Shown: one piece after another, positions 23,922 to 35,917 of the stretch | How positions within the stretch are numbered: position 1 is the stretch's first letter | Layout of the letters: each line of letters begins with the position of its first letter | Source of the DNA: Catajapyx aquilonaris | Taxonomy: Eukaryota | Assembly (NCBI GenBank): GCA_000934665.2 | Contig: KZ538648.1 | Coordinates: 1-64,000, forward strand | Reading direction: 5' to 3' | Length of the DNA stretch: 64,000 bases | Program-made: the position numbers and the translations under genes | Notes under the pieces: generated by a model | Seen by the model: the letters and a program-made list of their open reading frames with translations, nothing else | Databases searched by the model: none | What the model was told of the DNA's origin: nothing

Positions 23922-24086
23922 TGTACGGTTGGAACTATCAATGATAGTTAGTAAGATCTCTGAATAGTGGCACTTATTTCCAACGCTACTGTTTTGGAAT
24001 GAAAACAAAATGACCGACCTTTGTGACGTTGTGGGATGCGCGAGTGTGGGTGCGCACTCGGTTGAGCTCGTAAAAAAATTCATCTA
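23922..24086 (+). mobile_element. MITE family A, right portion with right TIR
   Basis: TGTACGGTTGGAACTATCAATGATAG...CACTTATTTCCAACGCTAC...GTGCGCACTCGGTTGAGCTCGTAAAAAAATTCATC|TA. Confidence 0.85.
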
Positions 24087-25111
24087 TAGAGAACTACTGG
24101 GGAAAAATGATGTGCACTAGTTTAACAATAGTATTGACTCTCAATGCGAATAAATCACACTTTTTTCCCCCCACTGTCTACACAAAAAGGTAATTAGCTC
24201 CTGCTCTAATTATTTTCTAATGGCATTTTAGAGTGAACTGTGCAGTTCTCAGTCGCGCTCCGGCAGGTTTTCTGGGGGGGTTTGGTTGGCTCGATTCGCA
24301 AAGTGCAACACAAAAGCAATTAATAAAACCCGGAGGGTTTTAAATCGAAAGGAAGTGCTGCATGAATTTATTCGAGCTCTGTTATATACCGCGGGTTTAA
24401 TTCCGCGGACTTTGCCCATTATCACCTTCAGCCGAATAGCAGATTGCGATTCGCACAAATGCCAGGTGATACANGGGGGGGGGTAATTATTGGAGCGACA
24501 ATCAAGGCTTAGGTAACGATGTGCTCCATAACTCCACGGGGCATACAGCCACTCGGTTTTATACCCTATTAACACCATTGTCGAGTCTCAGAAGGACATT
24601 TATGTGCTCATACGTTAGAGCAAATCCACAGTTAAGGAGTAATTAACATGTCGGGTTTTGGTGTTGGGGGAAAAAAATCGGTTAGGGGGTTATATTACTC
24701 ATTAGGTGGTCAATTGTGTCTGGTGTAGCACTTTGAGAATGGCCCATTTGCGATTGCAGTAAACGATCAATGTTGTGTGTCCGGGTTAGTTTCGCGTGTG
24801 GTTTTTTTGCCAATTTCTTGACTGCTGTTTCATTGAAGGTGGAGGATAAAGAAAGAATGAAAAATAAAAATGCTCACTTTGCGCTATTCAGCCGGTTTAT
24901 CCTCTATAACTCACCCAGTTTTTTTTCCAGCTCCGCAAAATGGCTCTTTAATCCGTCCGAGGAAGGAAAAGTACCCATACTTTTTTCCGCAGAAATGAAA
25001 CAATAGCGCGAGATAAAGCTGCGAAATGTGGCTGCATTTTTTACGACTAGAATACTACTTAAACTGTACAAGGAGCACATAACAAACATGATTATGAAGG
25101 GGACTATTATG

Positions 25112-25255
25112 AGCAAAATTTATTTAAGCGACATATTTTTGTCGTTTTCTAGCTCCTTGAGCGCTTGAGGAGATTATAAAATTTTCATCCATGCGAATAT
25201 ATTTAAAATGTGCTAGAAAAACGACAAAAATAAGGTCACGTAAATTATTTTTGTT
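25112..25255. mobile_element. Degenerate AT-rich inverted-repeat element (probable old MITE)
   Basis: TATTTTTGTCGTTTTCTAGC (about 25134) versus GCTAGAAAAACGACAAAAATA (about 25212), with weaker pairing further out. Confidence 0.6.
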
Positions 25256-28164
25256 TGTTGCAAAAAAAACAGGTTGTTTAAAAAAAGATCCCTGCAACAC
25301 TTGAGCTATGTTTATTCAGTCCGGTCGGTATACAAAATGGCCAGAAACCTCGATTTTGCATCCGGATTTTCTGTGGCTTTGTAGAAAACGGTTTTCTTTT
25401 TTGCAAATATTTGTTTGGACGATTTTTACAACCGAATATGATCCCTTCCCAAAAGAGCTGGCTTTTGTGTGGAATCCTCTGGTCGCTTGACAAAACCTTG
25501 GGGAAGAGGTCAATTCCCAATTCCGTCGCCTTTCGTGTGAGGACGACTCCAGAAGCTTGCTGTCCAATTTTTCCCAAAGGGAAGAAAGTGGGGTGTCCTG
25601 TACAAAACCCTGGACCCTGCACACGATTCCATTCCTTCCACTAAGCCCTAAGCCTTCCACTGGAAAACGAGCTAGCCTTACCTTATACCTGCTGTCCCCC
25701 CCATAATGCCTTTGCTTTCCTACATCACAAAAGCCCAATTTAGACTGAGGGATTTGAGCCAAAAAAAAGGAAAAGGGCGACAGAATGTACCAATTGGCCA
25801 TGGAATATTTTGATCCAAATTCATGACCTTTTCCTGAATTTTGGGCAGGGTGGTCCAAACGTTGGCTCATTAAATCTCTCTTCCCAACTATCCCTCCCTT
25901 GTTTATGCAGGGCATTCATTTCAGAAGAGAGAGAGAGAGGGCCTTTGTTTTCCCCTTCCCAGCCTCTCTCCCCCATACCTTTGTGTGTAGCCCCATCCTT
26001 CCCGGAGAACACGTAATTTCTCGCCAGGCCAACTGGTAACGGGCGTTTTCCATGCGAGAGCTTTGGACGGATCCCGAATTAATTGCTTGTTCCTCCTATT
26101 AAGAAAAGTCTGCCAGGGGGACTGGATCTTCCGGCAGGGGATTATGTGCACCCAATCGTGGGGATTTCAAAAATGTGTTGAGTGGGTATATATAAGGGGA
26201 AGTACCGGAAAAAAGCGGACCAAATCTAATATCATTACATACTGTATATGTTTGTCCGGGCTACCTAACACACTTCCACAATTCTGAGAGCGCTTTGCAC
26301 ACAGATGGCAAACCTGCCGGTGAATGAGGGAAAAGTACGTAAACTGCACTTTTTTAAAGTCTAAATACAAAAAATTTAGGATTTTGGTGTATGTGGGAGG
26401 GAGGTTGTTCTGGTAGTTCCGGTGTACGCCACGGATGGCGGTAGCTGGCAGGGCCTAATCGGAGGCTATGGCTTCCGGGTATGCATCATAGATGGCGTGG
26501 CTGAAATGGCGTAGTAAGTTTGAAAAGTCCCAAAAACGCAATTTTAGGACAAGGTGTAGGACAATTTCCAGATGCTGTAGGTGCACCAGATGACATACTC
26601 ATGTGACACATAACCATCACTCCCGTGAACCCGCAGCATTGACATATCTTGTCTAAGTGAATATGCATATTTTATGAACGTCTTTCATTTACTCAATAAC
26701 TTCATCAATATTCCATTGCGAAGAATAGGTACCCTGCTAGTTATACGTATATAAAGCAGAAGGTTTGTATGTTCCACCTGTCTAACCCACTTTCAGACTA
26801 CTGAGAGTTCTGAGACTTGGCACACGTGCCTTTGATATAGGGAAAAGTCCGAAAATTACACATTTTTATTGTCTAAATATTCAAAATATGCTATTTTCTA
26901 ACTCCTTTCTAGATACACACATAACAGACATGATAATATTATGCAACATATTATTTTTTTCGACCCTAATTTTTATCACCAACTACATTCCATTTCCGTG
27001 GCCTACAACTAGTTGCAAAGTCGTTTGCAGCACTCTCCAGTTGAAAAATGAATCCAGTCCCATTTGGAGCTCCGAGTATACTGATGATCATTGTGTTTGA
27101 GAGAAATGAGACTAATGGGCAGTAGATCTTTTGCCCTCCCGTCTCTCTCTCTCTCCCCCCCTATACCCTCCCTTTTTAGATAGGCGTCGCTGGCGTCGAG
27201 CCCGATACACACCGGGGGCCCCCCCTTTCTCGTTCCGCTGTGCTTATTCCAGCGTCACGCCAGGTACAACAAGGAATCTCAATTCGTCGTGGAATTAGGT
27301 GGTTAGCACGGGTTATGGATGGGTCTCCTGGGAGTTTGGACCCCCCTGCAAAAGCCGAGGGCACGATGGGGGTTAAAGGGTCACGCCTGATGGCACTTGC
27401 CTTTACTTTGCTGGATGTATCTATCACACTGCCAAACAATAGATCAAAAAGCCAATTATAAACTTTGTACCAATTCCTCTCATTATGCTAGGGTTTTAAC
27501 ACCTTTTTTTTCTGGGGGTCCTTCACGTTCGTTGACTTGCAAGAAACAAAACAGATGCCTAATTTGCCTAACAAGGGCTGTTGATCCCGCTTCTTTTTCT
27601 CCCCCCTTCACCACTTGTCGTCAGCCCCATTTTGTCAACACACGAAACCCAACGAGGCGCCTCATTTCCAGATCATTCAGGAGAAAAGCCAAACATGGCT
27701 TGTTTTCATCTGCCGCTGAAGGGAGAAAATACCCGGGGTTTTAAAACACGTTTCCCCGTGAACCATCAGTATAAGAAACTTTTTTCTTCTCCACTTGCCA
27801 TAACCTTCCAGCTTTCTTTTCCTTCTTTCTTTTCCTTCTTTCCTCCCCTCTTGGTGAGAAAAAACTTTTTGATGCGACCTGAAATTAGAAAAGTTGGCCG
27901 AATCCGCATAATTGAAAATTTCCATGCGTCACTGACAGAGTGGCTTAAGACCGGCGTCCTCCTCTGGATAATTTACGTTCCAGGGAAGCAATCCCACCTT
28001 GTGGGCTTGCAGTGCTTTGGGAGGATGGGGAGAAAGGGGGGGGAGTTGGACTAACGGATTCTTCTCTGATTAAACTTGTTGTAATGAATTTACAAGGGGG
28101 CAGCGAGCGGCTTGGAGGGAAAAACGAATTAAATACAAGATATTGTCATAACTGTTATTGCTCG

Positions 28165-28504
28165 CTGCTACTTACCTAGCCGAACCTAACCTAATCTAAC
28201 CTAATCTGACCTAATCTAATGGTTAGGTCTGGTTAGGTTAGATTAGGTAGCGGACGTGAAAAATATCCTCGTCATGGTTAGGTCTGGTTAGGTTAGATTA
28301 GGTAGCGGACGTGAAAAATGTCCTCGTCATGGTTAGGTCTGGTTAGGTTAGGTTAGATTAGGTTAGATTAGGTCAGCCTAATCTAACCTAATTAAGGTTA
28401 GATTAGGTTCGATAGGCTGACCTAATCTAACATAATCTAACCTAATCTAACCTAATCTAACCTAACCTAACCTAACCATGACGAGGATATTTTTCACATC
28501 CGCT
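28165..28504. repeat. Fold-back structure of TTAGG/TTAGA telomere-like repeats bounded by unique TIRs
   Basis: AGCGGACGTGAAAAATATCCTCGTCATGGTTAGG (28249 and 28304) versus CCTAACCATGACGAGGATATTTTTCACATCCGCT (ends 28504). A 55-bp tandem period is seen at 28219/28274/28329. Confidence 0.85.
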
Positions 28505-29305
28505 GCGCTAAATTGGGCAATAGCACAAGGCAAATTCCTGGATGTCTGTTCCTTCTTAACAATATCCAGTGACAAATGTTCTTAGCACGATCCCCTCCAA
28601 AAAATTTGACCCCACTCCCACTAAACCGACTGGCGCGACACCCCCAGACAAGTAATGTCCACCCTGACGGCAATAATGCAGCCGCTTGAAATGATCTATT
28701 GTTGTCAGCACCCGGCTACTTTGAACTGGGGTCCACCACTTCCCATCTTGCACCAACAACAAGAAAAGAAGAAAAAAATACAACAACGAAAGAAGCGTCG
28801 CCCCGTGTGACCGAAGATAGATGGCAGCATTTTTCACTGTCTTCATCATCTGGAGGGGCCTGTATCTTGGCAGGTTGTGCACAAAAGGGGAGGGTTTCGC
28901 AGCAAGGTTTGCATGCCTAAGGGACATTAAGACAAGACCCTCGGAAAAGGGAACCGTCTTTCCAGAGAGAATAGAGCGGCGATTCGGAGAGTGGGAAGCT
29001 GTAAGACGAGAGAGGGGGGAGCCTGGCACAAAAGGAGAGCAATTTAGGGACACAATAGCCACCTCACCCTGTACAGCGATAGTCTGCAAAAGATAATCGC
29101 ACGAGCAGCCAGCAAGGGGTAGGTGATATATCGAGGTGCTTGTGGGCAACATGGCAACTTGTGCTTGGGTGATAAAGCACCCAGGCCCCTTTTGTGCAAA
29201 GTCTGGACAGGACTGGACTCACTTGTCATGGGAAGGTACTCTCGGGGCATACCTATATGGAGCGGACTAGTTAGCTGACCATTGTAGTCTTATAGAATTG
29301 GCTTC

Positions 29306-29428
29306 GACTCATCACCAACGTGCATGTAGCTACCACTTTCCCCGTGCGGTGGCAGTAGTATGCAGAGGATGTTCACCACCTAGTGGAGCGGGCCGGGCTG
29401 TGTTGCCAAATTTGGGTTAACTACCAGT
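29306..29428 (+). mobile_element. Helitron family E fragment (3' part)
   Basis: GACTCATCACCAACGTGC...GGCAGTAGTATGCAGAGGA...GTGTTGCCAAATTTGG is the reverse complement of the E core. Confidence 0.65.
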
Positions 29429-30550
29429 CTGGATAGTCTGAACATTGTGCAGCTTCGCTATCCGGATGCTATAGACTTGGATGAGAGGCGTACTCGGTGG
29501 CAAATTACATACGCATTCTGAGCACGCTGTGAAAGCTGCAAGCTTGCGACTTGAGCCAGAGAGCTATACAACTGTTTGAGAATCGCCCCCCTTGCATTGT
29601 CTCTCGTTCCTTCTCCTCGTCTCCACCCACGGCCACAGCCAGATTCCTTTCAGTCCATTACGTCCTTCCAGATTCCCTCCAAATGCTTGATTTGCTGGAG
29701 CTGCAGCATCCGGTAGTCTTGTGTGTATACACACAGGATCGACCAACAGTGTGTTTCATAATTCGACTGAACTGGCTCTAAAAGAAAAACGGTGCCTTTA
29801 AGGCAGTTAGCAGGAAACAAAAAAAATTAAAAGCCTTGAACGGTATAAAGTGCTGCTAAGGGCTATATGTATCGGATATCGTGTGTCTATAGCAAGTGGG
29901 AAAAGAGCTTCCAGAGAGAGAGATTAGGTCGAGTTTCCTCCCATTTTCTCTCTCAACTCCCACGAGAATGCAGGTGAGAAGATTCTCGTGTTAAACGTAA
30001 GGTCAACCCTTCCATCGATTGATGATGAGCTGAACAGACGGCTAATGGCTGCTTTTCCAAAGGTGTACATATACCTGCTCTATTTGATCCTAGATACGTG
30101 CCCGGATAGTTCTCAAGGGATAACTACTAAAAGTGTTCTCTCAAATTCCTAGCCACGAAACATGGCCTTAAGATTACGTGATGCTGAATGCCTACCATGC
30201 ACTGGGGGGTTTTATCCGGTGGATATATCCCTGTGAAAAAAATATATTTCAAAATGATTTTTTTTCTTCCTTCCGGAGGTCGGACAACCTCTTGACGCTT
30301 CTCTCTCTCTCTCGGTTGAGCAACAGGTAGGGCAGGTGAAATATTTAAACGGGGCATCGCTGAAAATTTAATCAATCTGGGCCCTTCAGCAGCCGCTTGT
30401 CATGAATAACATAGAGGGGGATATATACGCACGGATTTGTCTCTCTTTTGCAAGGGGGGTAGACTAAAGCTGAACGTCTTTTCCGGCGGATTTTGCTTGC
30501 TGTGTGGTTGCGCATAAAATTTGGGAATATCTGCAGATCTGTCCAGCCTA

Positions 30551-30612
30551 TTGCGCAGCTTGGCACGGTTGGAATTATCAACAAAATGGCGGACGTTTGC
30601 GACGTTGCCACT
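30551..30612 (+). mobile_element. MITE family A internal fragment with an empty SINE target site
   Basis: GCGCAGCTTGGCACGGTTGGAATTATCAACAAAATGGCGGACGTTTGCGACGTTGCCA. Confidence 0.7.
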
Positions 30613-31210
30613 TTTTTTCGAGCAGAGAATTCGTCCATGTTGACCTAACCCCTGTGCAACCTAATAGTGTTGACATAACTGGTGGGACACGTCCGGCTCC
30701 TGGGGTTGACTGACATGTTAGGAAATAGTATGACCGACTATGAAACGCTCTGATGCCCCCCGCTCCCTGGGCTCAAACCGGGCGTGAACCGGAGGTCATT
30801 CCGTCCGTCCAAACGACCTTCTGTGTCCGCCCCTCAGGCCTTTGCTGCTTGTCCATTCCAGACGCATAGCTCTGCAAATGGTCCGGACACCCCAGATGAT
30901 ATTAGGCGGGCACTGCTGTGCTTGCCTACAGCCAAGCCCCACGTTTTAGGCCTATTAACACCGGAATCGTCCCCACCCCCTTTTACCCGGCCTCTCTTTC
31001 AGCTGCCAAAAACTGCGAGTGTTTGTTGACTAGGAGGCCCTGCTGCATAGGTCGGTCCAGACTTGCATAGTAATTAAGAGCAAAGGATTTCAGGACAGCG
31101 TTGCCCTGTTGCTCAGTCCACACATTTTAAATTGGGCAGTCATTCAGTGGAAAATCAACAAACAAGTTTTCAGCTGACTTGGCAACGTCGCCATTTTTTT
31201 AAATGCAGTA

Positions 31211-31442
31211 AGGTGAAGTGGGGTAAGTGCATACACGGGGTAAGTGCATACACGGGCCGCCATATTGGAATGAAAATGGCTGACGACACCAAAACGCATC
31301 AGGCACTCTTCGTGTAGCTGCACATAACATCCCCGGACGCGTTTTGGTGTCGTCAGCCATTTTCATTCCAATATGGTGGCCCGTGTATGCACTTACCCCG
31401 TGTATGCACTTACCCCGTGTATGCACTTACCCCACTTCACCT
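31211..31442. mobile_element. TA-flanked fold-back MITE with 17-bp subterminal direct repeats
   Basis: TA|AGGTGAAGT(GGGGTAAGTGCATACAC)x2...(GTGTATGCACTTACCCC)x3 ACTTCACCT|TA. The inner arms CCATATTGGAATGAAAATGGCTGACGACACCAAAACGC are perfectly inverted. Confidence 0.9.
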
Positions 31443-31454
31443 TATACAAATGTT

Positions 31455-31662
31455 ATAAATGATTTTTTAAAAAAATGCGCAAATGATTTCCAACACTACA
31501 CTTGAGGGGGTAACAGTATGCCCAAATTTTGCGATGCTGCTCTGGAACGAACCCAGTGAATTTGCCACATGAGGAGTAACTGTGGTAACGTTGTCGTCGG
31601 AACAATGGACTTGCGCGAGCGTGGATGCGTACTCGGTTGCTCTCGCAAAAAAAAAAAACTAT
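31455..31662 (+). mobile_element. MITE family A2 copy with a damaged left TIR
   Basis: GCGCAAATGATTTCCAACACTACACTTGAGGGGGTAACAGTATG...GTCGGAACAATGGACTTGCGCGAGCGTGGATGCGTACTCGGTTGCTCTCG, matching 57947-58146. Confidence 0.75.
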
Positions 31663-32391
31663 GAGCGAATCAGGTCGCGTACAGAATAAGGCAGTAAAGT
31701 ACACCCCCTTTTTTCCCCTCTAAACGGAATTAACTCAGGTATATTTAATCAAGAAAAATCGATGGCGTCATTAGTCTCTAATTAATTTCGCTAATTGGTC
31801 ACTAGGGCTACTAATTTTCCCAAACGCGGCGGCAGTCTCGTCAAAAAGTTTTCTCTCTCCTGCGAGAGAGAGAGTCAGAGTTTTATTAGGCCATTGGCAC
31901 CAAGTCACACTCTCTCAAGTGCTCTGAACTTTGGCGACACTTTTTTTTCCTGGTTGGTGCAAAGACAAGAGACGTCGACACGAATAAATTGCTCTTCGTA
32001 CAGTGGATGACACCCCACGAAAACCGCATTGTTTAAAATATATAACGGGTCATGTTTCGGTTTACGAGCAGACAACAGTTGCGACGTTGCCACAATTTAG
32101 CTTCCCCAAAAATATAATTGCGGATCCAACCCCAGTTTGCGTGAAGTAAAATGGTCACTTGGTATGTAGGCTGGTTAGAACGTCGCATCCACTAAACCAA
32201 ATTTGGGGCTATCTGCTATTCGACCCACCACCCCGTGTAACCCGATACCCGCTCAAATCCTATAGCTTTAGCACCCCACCACCCATCGGCCTCTTTTTTT
32301 TTTACGCGAATTTCGGGTCGGACCTTTGAAAGCACTTGTCAACGCCCCTTGTTGACTCGAGTTCAAGTGCGTCACCTCTCTCAGTAAACAA

Positions 32392-32475
32392 ACTTGGCAA
32401 CACTGCCCGGCTCTCCCGCACTTGGACGTACTACAAAGTACCATAGATGGCACCAGAGGACAAACAGTATCGCCT
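32392..32475 (-). mobile_element. Helitron family E 3' fragment in tandem with the adjacent copy
   Basis: TTGGCAACACTGCCCGGCTCTCCCGCACTTGGACGTACTAC..ACCATAGATGGCACC parallels 32518-32585. Confidence 0.6.
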
Positions 32476-32492
32476 AGTCAATTCTATATGGA

Positions 32493-33043
32493 CTAGTAGC
32501 GGATTTGTTACCAAATTTTGGCAACACTGCTTGCCCCACCCTCTAACATGGACGTAGTACGATAGGCCCCTACCAGTTGGCGCATAGGCGCTTCCTCTGC
32601 ACATGCACACTGGCACAGGCACGTTGGTGATGAGTCACCCTGCGGACAAAGCCCACCAGCACCGTGTCTCGCCTGCATTGAAGTGAGTACCACCCTCATT
32701 GACCACTACATGTCCTCTAATTGTTGAACGAGGAAAGTGAAAACGATAATGGTTATTGCTACCTATAGGCGACTAGTTGTTTATGACCGGACAAACCTGT
32801 GGACAGCGAGAACAAGGGGATTAGGTATACAGGGTGGTCCAAGTTCAAGTGTCGTTTTATAACGGCGATTAATAGAAGCGCTTAACGATGACGTAGCAGC
32901 GACGTGTAAAATCGCCCACTTCGATTGCGCCGAAGATGCGCCGAAGTGGGACATTTTACGCGTCGCTGCTACGTCATCGCAAAATCACAGCTATTAATCG
33001 CCGTTATAAAACGACACTTGAACTTGGACCACCCTGATATCGA
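32493..33043 (-). mobile_element. Non-autonomous Helitron family E, near full length, with MITE D at its 5' end
   Basis: 3' CTAG|T at 32493-32496, with hairpin TGTTACCAAA-TT-TTGGCAACA about 10 nt inside. The 5' region GGACAGCGAGAACAAGGGGATTAGGTATA matches 48827-48855. The exact 5' end is uncertain. Confidence 0.75.
32830..33036 (+). mobile_element. MITE family D, copy 2
   Basis: TA|CAGGGTGGTCCAAGTTCAAGTGTCGTTTTATAACGGCGATTAATAG ... CTATTAATCGCCGTTATAAAACGACACTTGAACTTGGACCACCCTG. Perfect terminal inverted arms; the right flank reads AT. Confidence 0.92.
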
Positions 33044-34643
33044 TATGACTAGCAGTATGCCCCGTTCTTCGCACGGGAATTGACTAATCCCTTTGCTACT
33101 GCGCAGCACTGTTGCTATGGTAAGAGGGGAATGTAGGGGGAAGAGGAATGGGACAAACCGACAAACTTTTCCCTTCATATATATATATATATAAGAACAT
33201 ACTGCTTTACCTTGCGTTTGACATCACATGTTTAATTATTGCCTATTGCTCCCTCCAGTATAATTGGTCTGATGAAGCGGGGCCGTTGATTGGGGGTGCG
33301 TACAGGTAGTTCAGGCGCCTGTGATCGTGAGTCGGTGCATTACCATAATGATGTGAGCCCCCACCAACAAAGGCCTATGATGTTGGTGGTGCCAGAGTTC
33401 CTCTCTCCCGCACAGGAATTAATCCACCTAACTATTCCCTGCAGGGCTAGATTGATGCTGGCCTCCCCCTCTTTTATAATATATTTTTAGCAACATGTAC
33501 GCAGTCTATTGAGAAGAAAAACAGGTAATTACACGCCGGCAGTATTTTTTTTGTAAAAAAAATCCCTCCCTCATCCCACCCCAAAAAATGCCAATTTTTG
33601 GTTGTCGACAGTCTTGGGACTTGTATTGCCGGTGGAACAAGAGCTTTTGTGTGTTGCAAAGCCGATACCTAGAGAACAAAGAGGCAAAGGTTTCTGCCGC
33701 TGACAGCTGCGGATGCAAAGCAACGTAGTCATCAATAAAGTGGGTGGGTTGGATGGGAGGGTGGGTATGGTTGAGGGTATGGAGTAGAGGGAGAGGAGGG
33801 GTTCCTTTGTGGCGCAGATGGGCCTCTTCAGCCTCTCATCATGTTCGAGACAAGCTCACTCACTTGGGCCCGAGTCTAAGCACTCCAGGGATGTAAAACC
33901 AAGCTCGAATCGGACAGCAAAAGTCAGCTCGCCCACACTTTTTTTTCCACAGTTTGTCAAGAGCAAAAGTGTGTTTGCTTTTTTCCCCCCCATTTTATGT
34001 TATCTGCTGAGGTCAAAGAGTCGTTGCTTCTGTCAACATTTTCACCATGTCAGTGCAACGGACGAGTCCTTCTGAGACACTAAATTCCAGATTTTCTGTC
34101 CATAAACCAAGCATGATTGGACGATTGTGACAGGGACGCTGCTTTAATTTTTGAAGTTAATTAGCTCACGAATCGATATCCGGCTTCCACTTTTCCAGAT
34201 ACAAAAAAAAAATATCGGTTGTCGTTAAAAAAAATCCGATGGTTGACCACATAGGGTGCAACCCTGGAAATGAAGTTCCCACACACACACACTCTTGTAT
34301 TTTCCTCTCTCTCTCTCTGCCCAATGCTTCCTAAGGGTTGATCCTTCCTCCAAATCGAAGAGGAACGATGGAGGATGAGAAAGCTCTAAATCTGGTGGGA
34401 GGGGGAGGATGGATTTGGAGGAAGGGGGAAGAGAAGAGAGGAAATACGGCTCGCCCAACCACGGAATTGAGAAAAATCGAATGAGGGGACAAATAAAACA
34501 TTGACAAGTTGAAGCGAGGGAGAATTTAGCTCTCGACCTATACCGATTATTGGTGCCGTTATTTTCGCCCCCCCCCCCCTCCCTCTTCCCCGCAGGCTTC
34601 CGAATCAAGAGACCTGTGGAAAGGATCGACCCAATCTTTAATA

Positions 34644-34669
34644 CAGGGTGGGCCCAACGGACCACCCTG
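34644..34669. mobile_element. 26-bp minimal derivative of family D
   Basis: TA|CAGGGTGGGCCCAACGGACCACCCTG|TA. Confidence 0.65.
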
Positions 34670-35917
34670 TAGAGCAAAAAACCTCCCAATAAACCCCCGT
34701 GTGTGGTCTCACACACAGCAGGTTTAATTGCAGTGCGGATGCCGGGAATTAATCCATAACTCATGATGAGGCTCGTGGGTATTGCGATAGCTCTCAAGAC
34801 TATTGTGGTGGAGATGCCTATACGTCCTTATAGCAAAATGAGCCAATTCATGCTACCACGGTATGGTTTCATTTCTCCAACTTATAATGACCCCCCCAGT
34901 AATAAATAGGTTGTTTTCTATACCAAGAGTGAGAAGAAGCCTTATTCAACTCCCCCAACAGCTCCTTAACAAGAAGGAAGCCTCGTGTGTTCTCTCACCT
35001 TGTACATTATGTACAGGCACATGAGGTCGTCGACTAGCTGGGGGTGACACTGCCTGCGACACTTTGCCGGATTTAATTAGCTCATTAGCCCTGAAAAGAG
35101 CCAGAGTTTGGGAGGGGGGGAGTGGATCAGGATCTACAGGGTGTCTGGGGCAAATTTGGCATCGCCGCGGGAAGTATCGGGGGGGTGCAAATGAAATTGC
35201 GAGGATGCAAGGACAGGGAGAGAGGGGTCATTGTGAGTAAGCAAATGTGTATTGATCGTGGGACGTAAGTGGTGTAGGGAAAAGTGCCGACACGCGTCCA
35301 TCGCTCATCGATTGACAGGCGATCAGTCACGATGCCCAGATGCTTACCAGGCAGCCTCTCAGTCTATAGCAAAAAAAAGCGTGGAAACCCAGCAGACGAG
35401 GAGGCTATGAATTTATAGCCGATTAAAGGGCGAGTCTGAGACACATCCGCACAACCAGAGGTGTAAACCTTCACACGACCCCACCTCTAAGCATATTCAG
35501 ATTTTGGCAATAACCGTCACCCCGACCAAGTCGGCGTTTATTATCCCCGCGTCTTAATTTGCATGTAGTCGCCTTCCCCCACCTCTATCCGATCTCTTCT
35601 TTTTTTTTGGGGGGGNGGGGGAGGTGTTGAAAAGGCATTTGGCAGGGATCAGCAATGAAATTGGGATCGGAGCTTCATACACCTTTCCATTATAATAAAC
35701 CCGGAAACCTCGCTCATTGTGCTCCGTTCACAAAAGCCGATTATATGCGTGCAGGGGGATGGTGCGACCTTCACGGGTCATTTCCCCAGGGACTGGCGGA
35801 TTCATCAACAGGAGCAAGTGCCACCTATTCGAAAAGGGTTACATTTTTAACCAGGTTACATCAGGACAGTCTGGGCCGCAGATCTTACCCCTGCTCTCAC
35901 TAACCGAAGACAACTTG

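Noticed and set aside
25316..29152. Longest ORFs (199 aa at 25316-25915 and 198 aa at 28556-29152; also 34225-34797 and 17584-18150)
   Set aside because: No recognisable domain and compositions typical of random or low-complexity translation. Short spliced exons cannot be excluded without RNA-seq or homology searches.
35129..35141. 13-nt match (ACCCTGTAGATCC, minus strand) to the 5' part of miR-10
   Set aside because: The match stops at 13 nt and I see no star arm or precursor hairpin. A chance hit is plausible given the many miRNAs considered.
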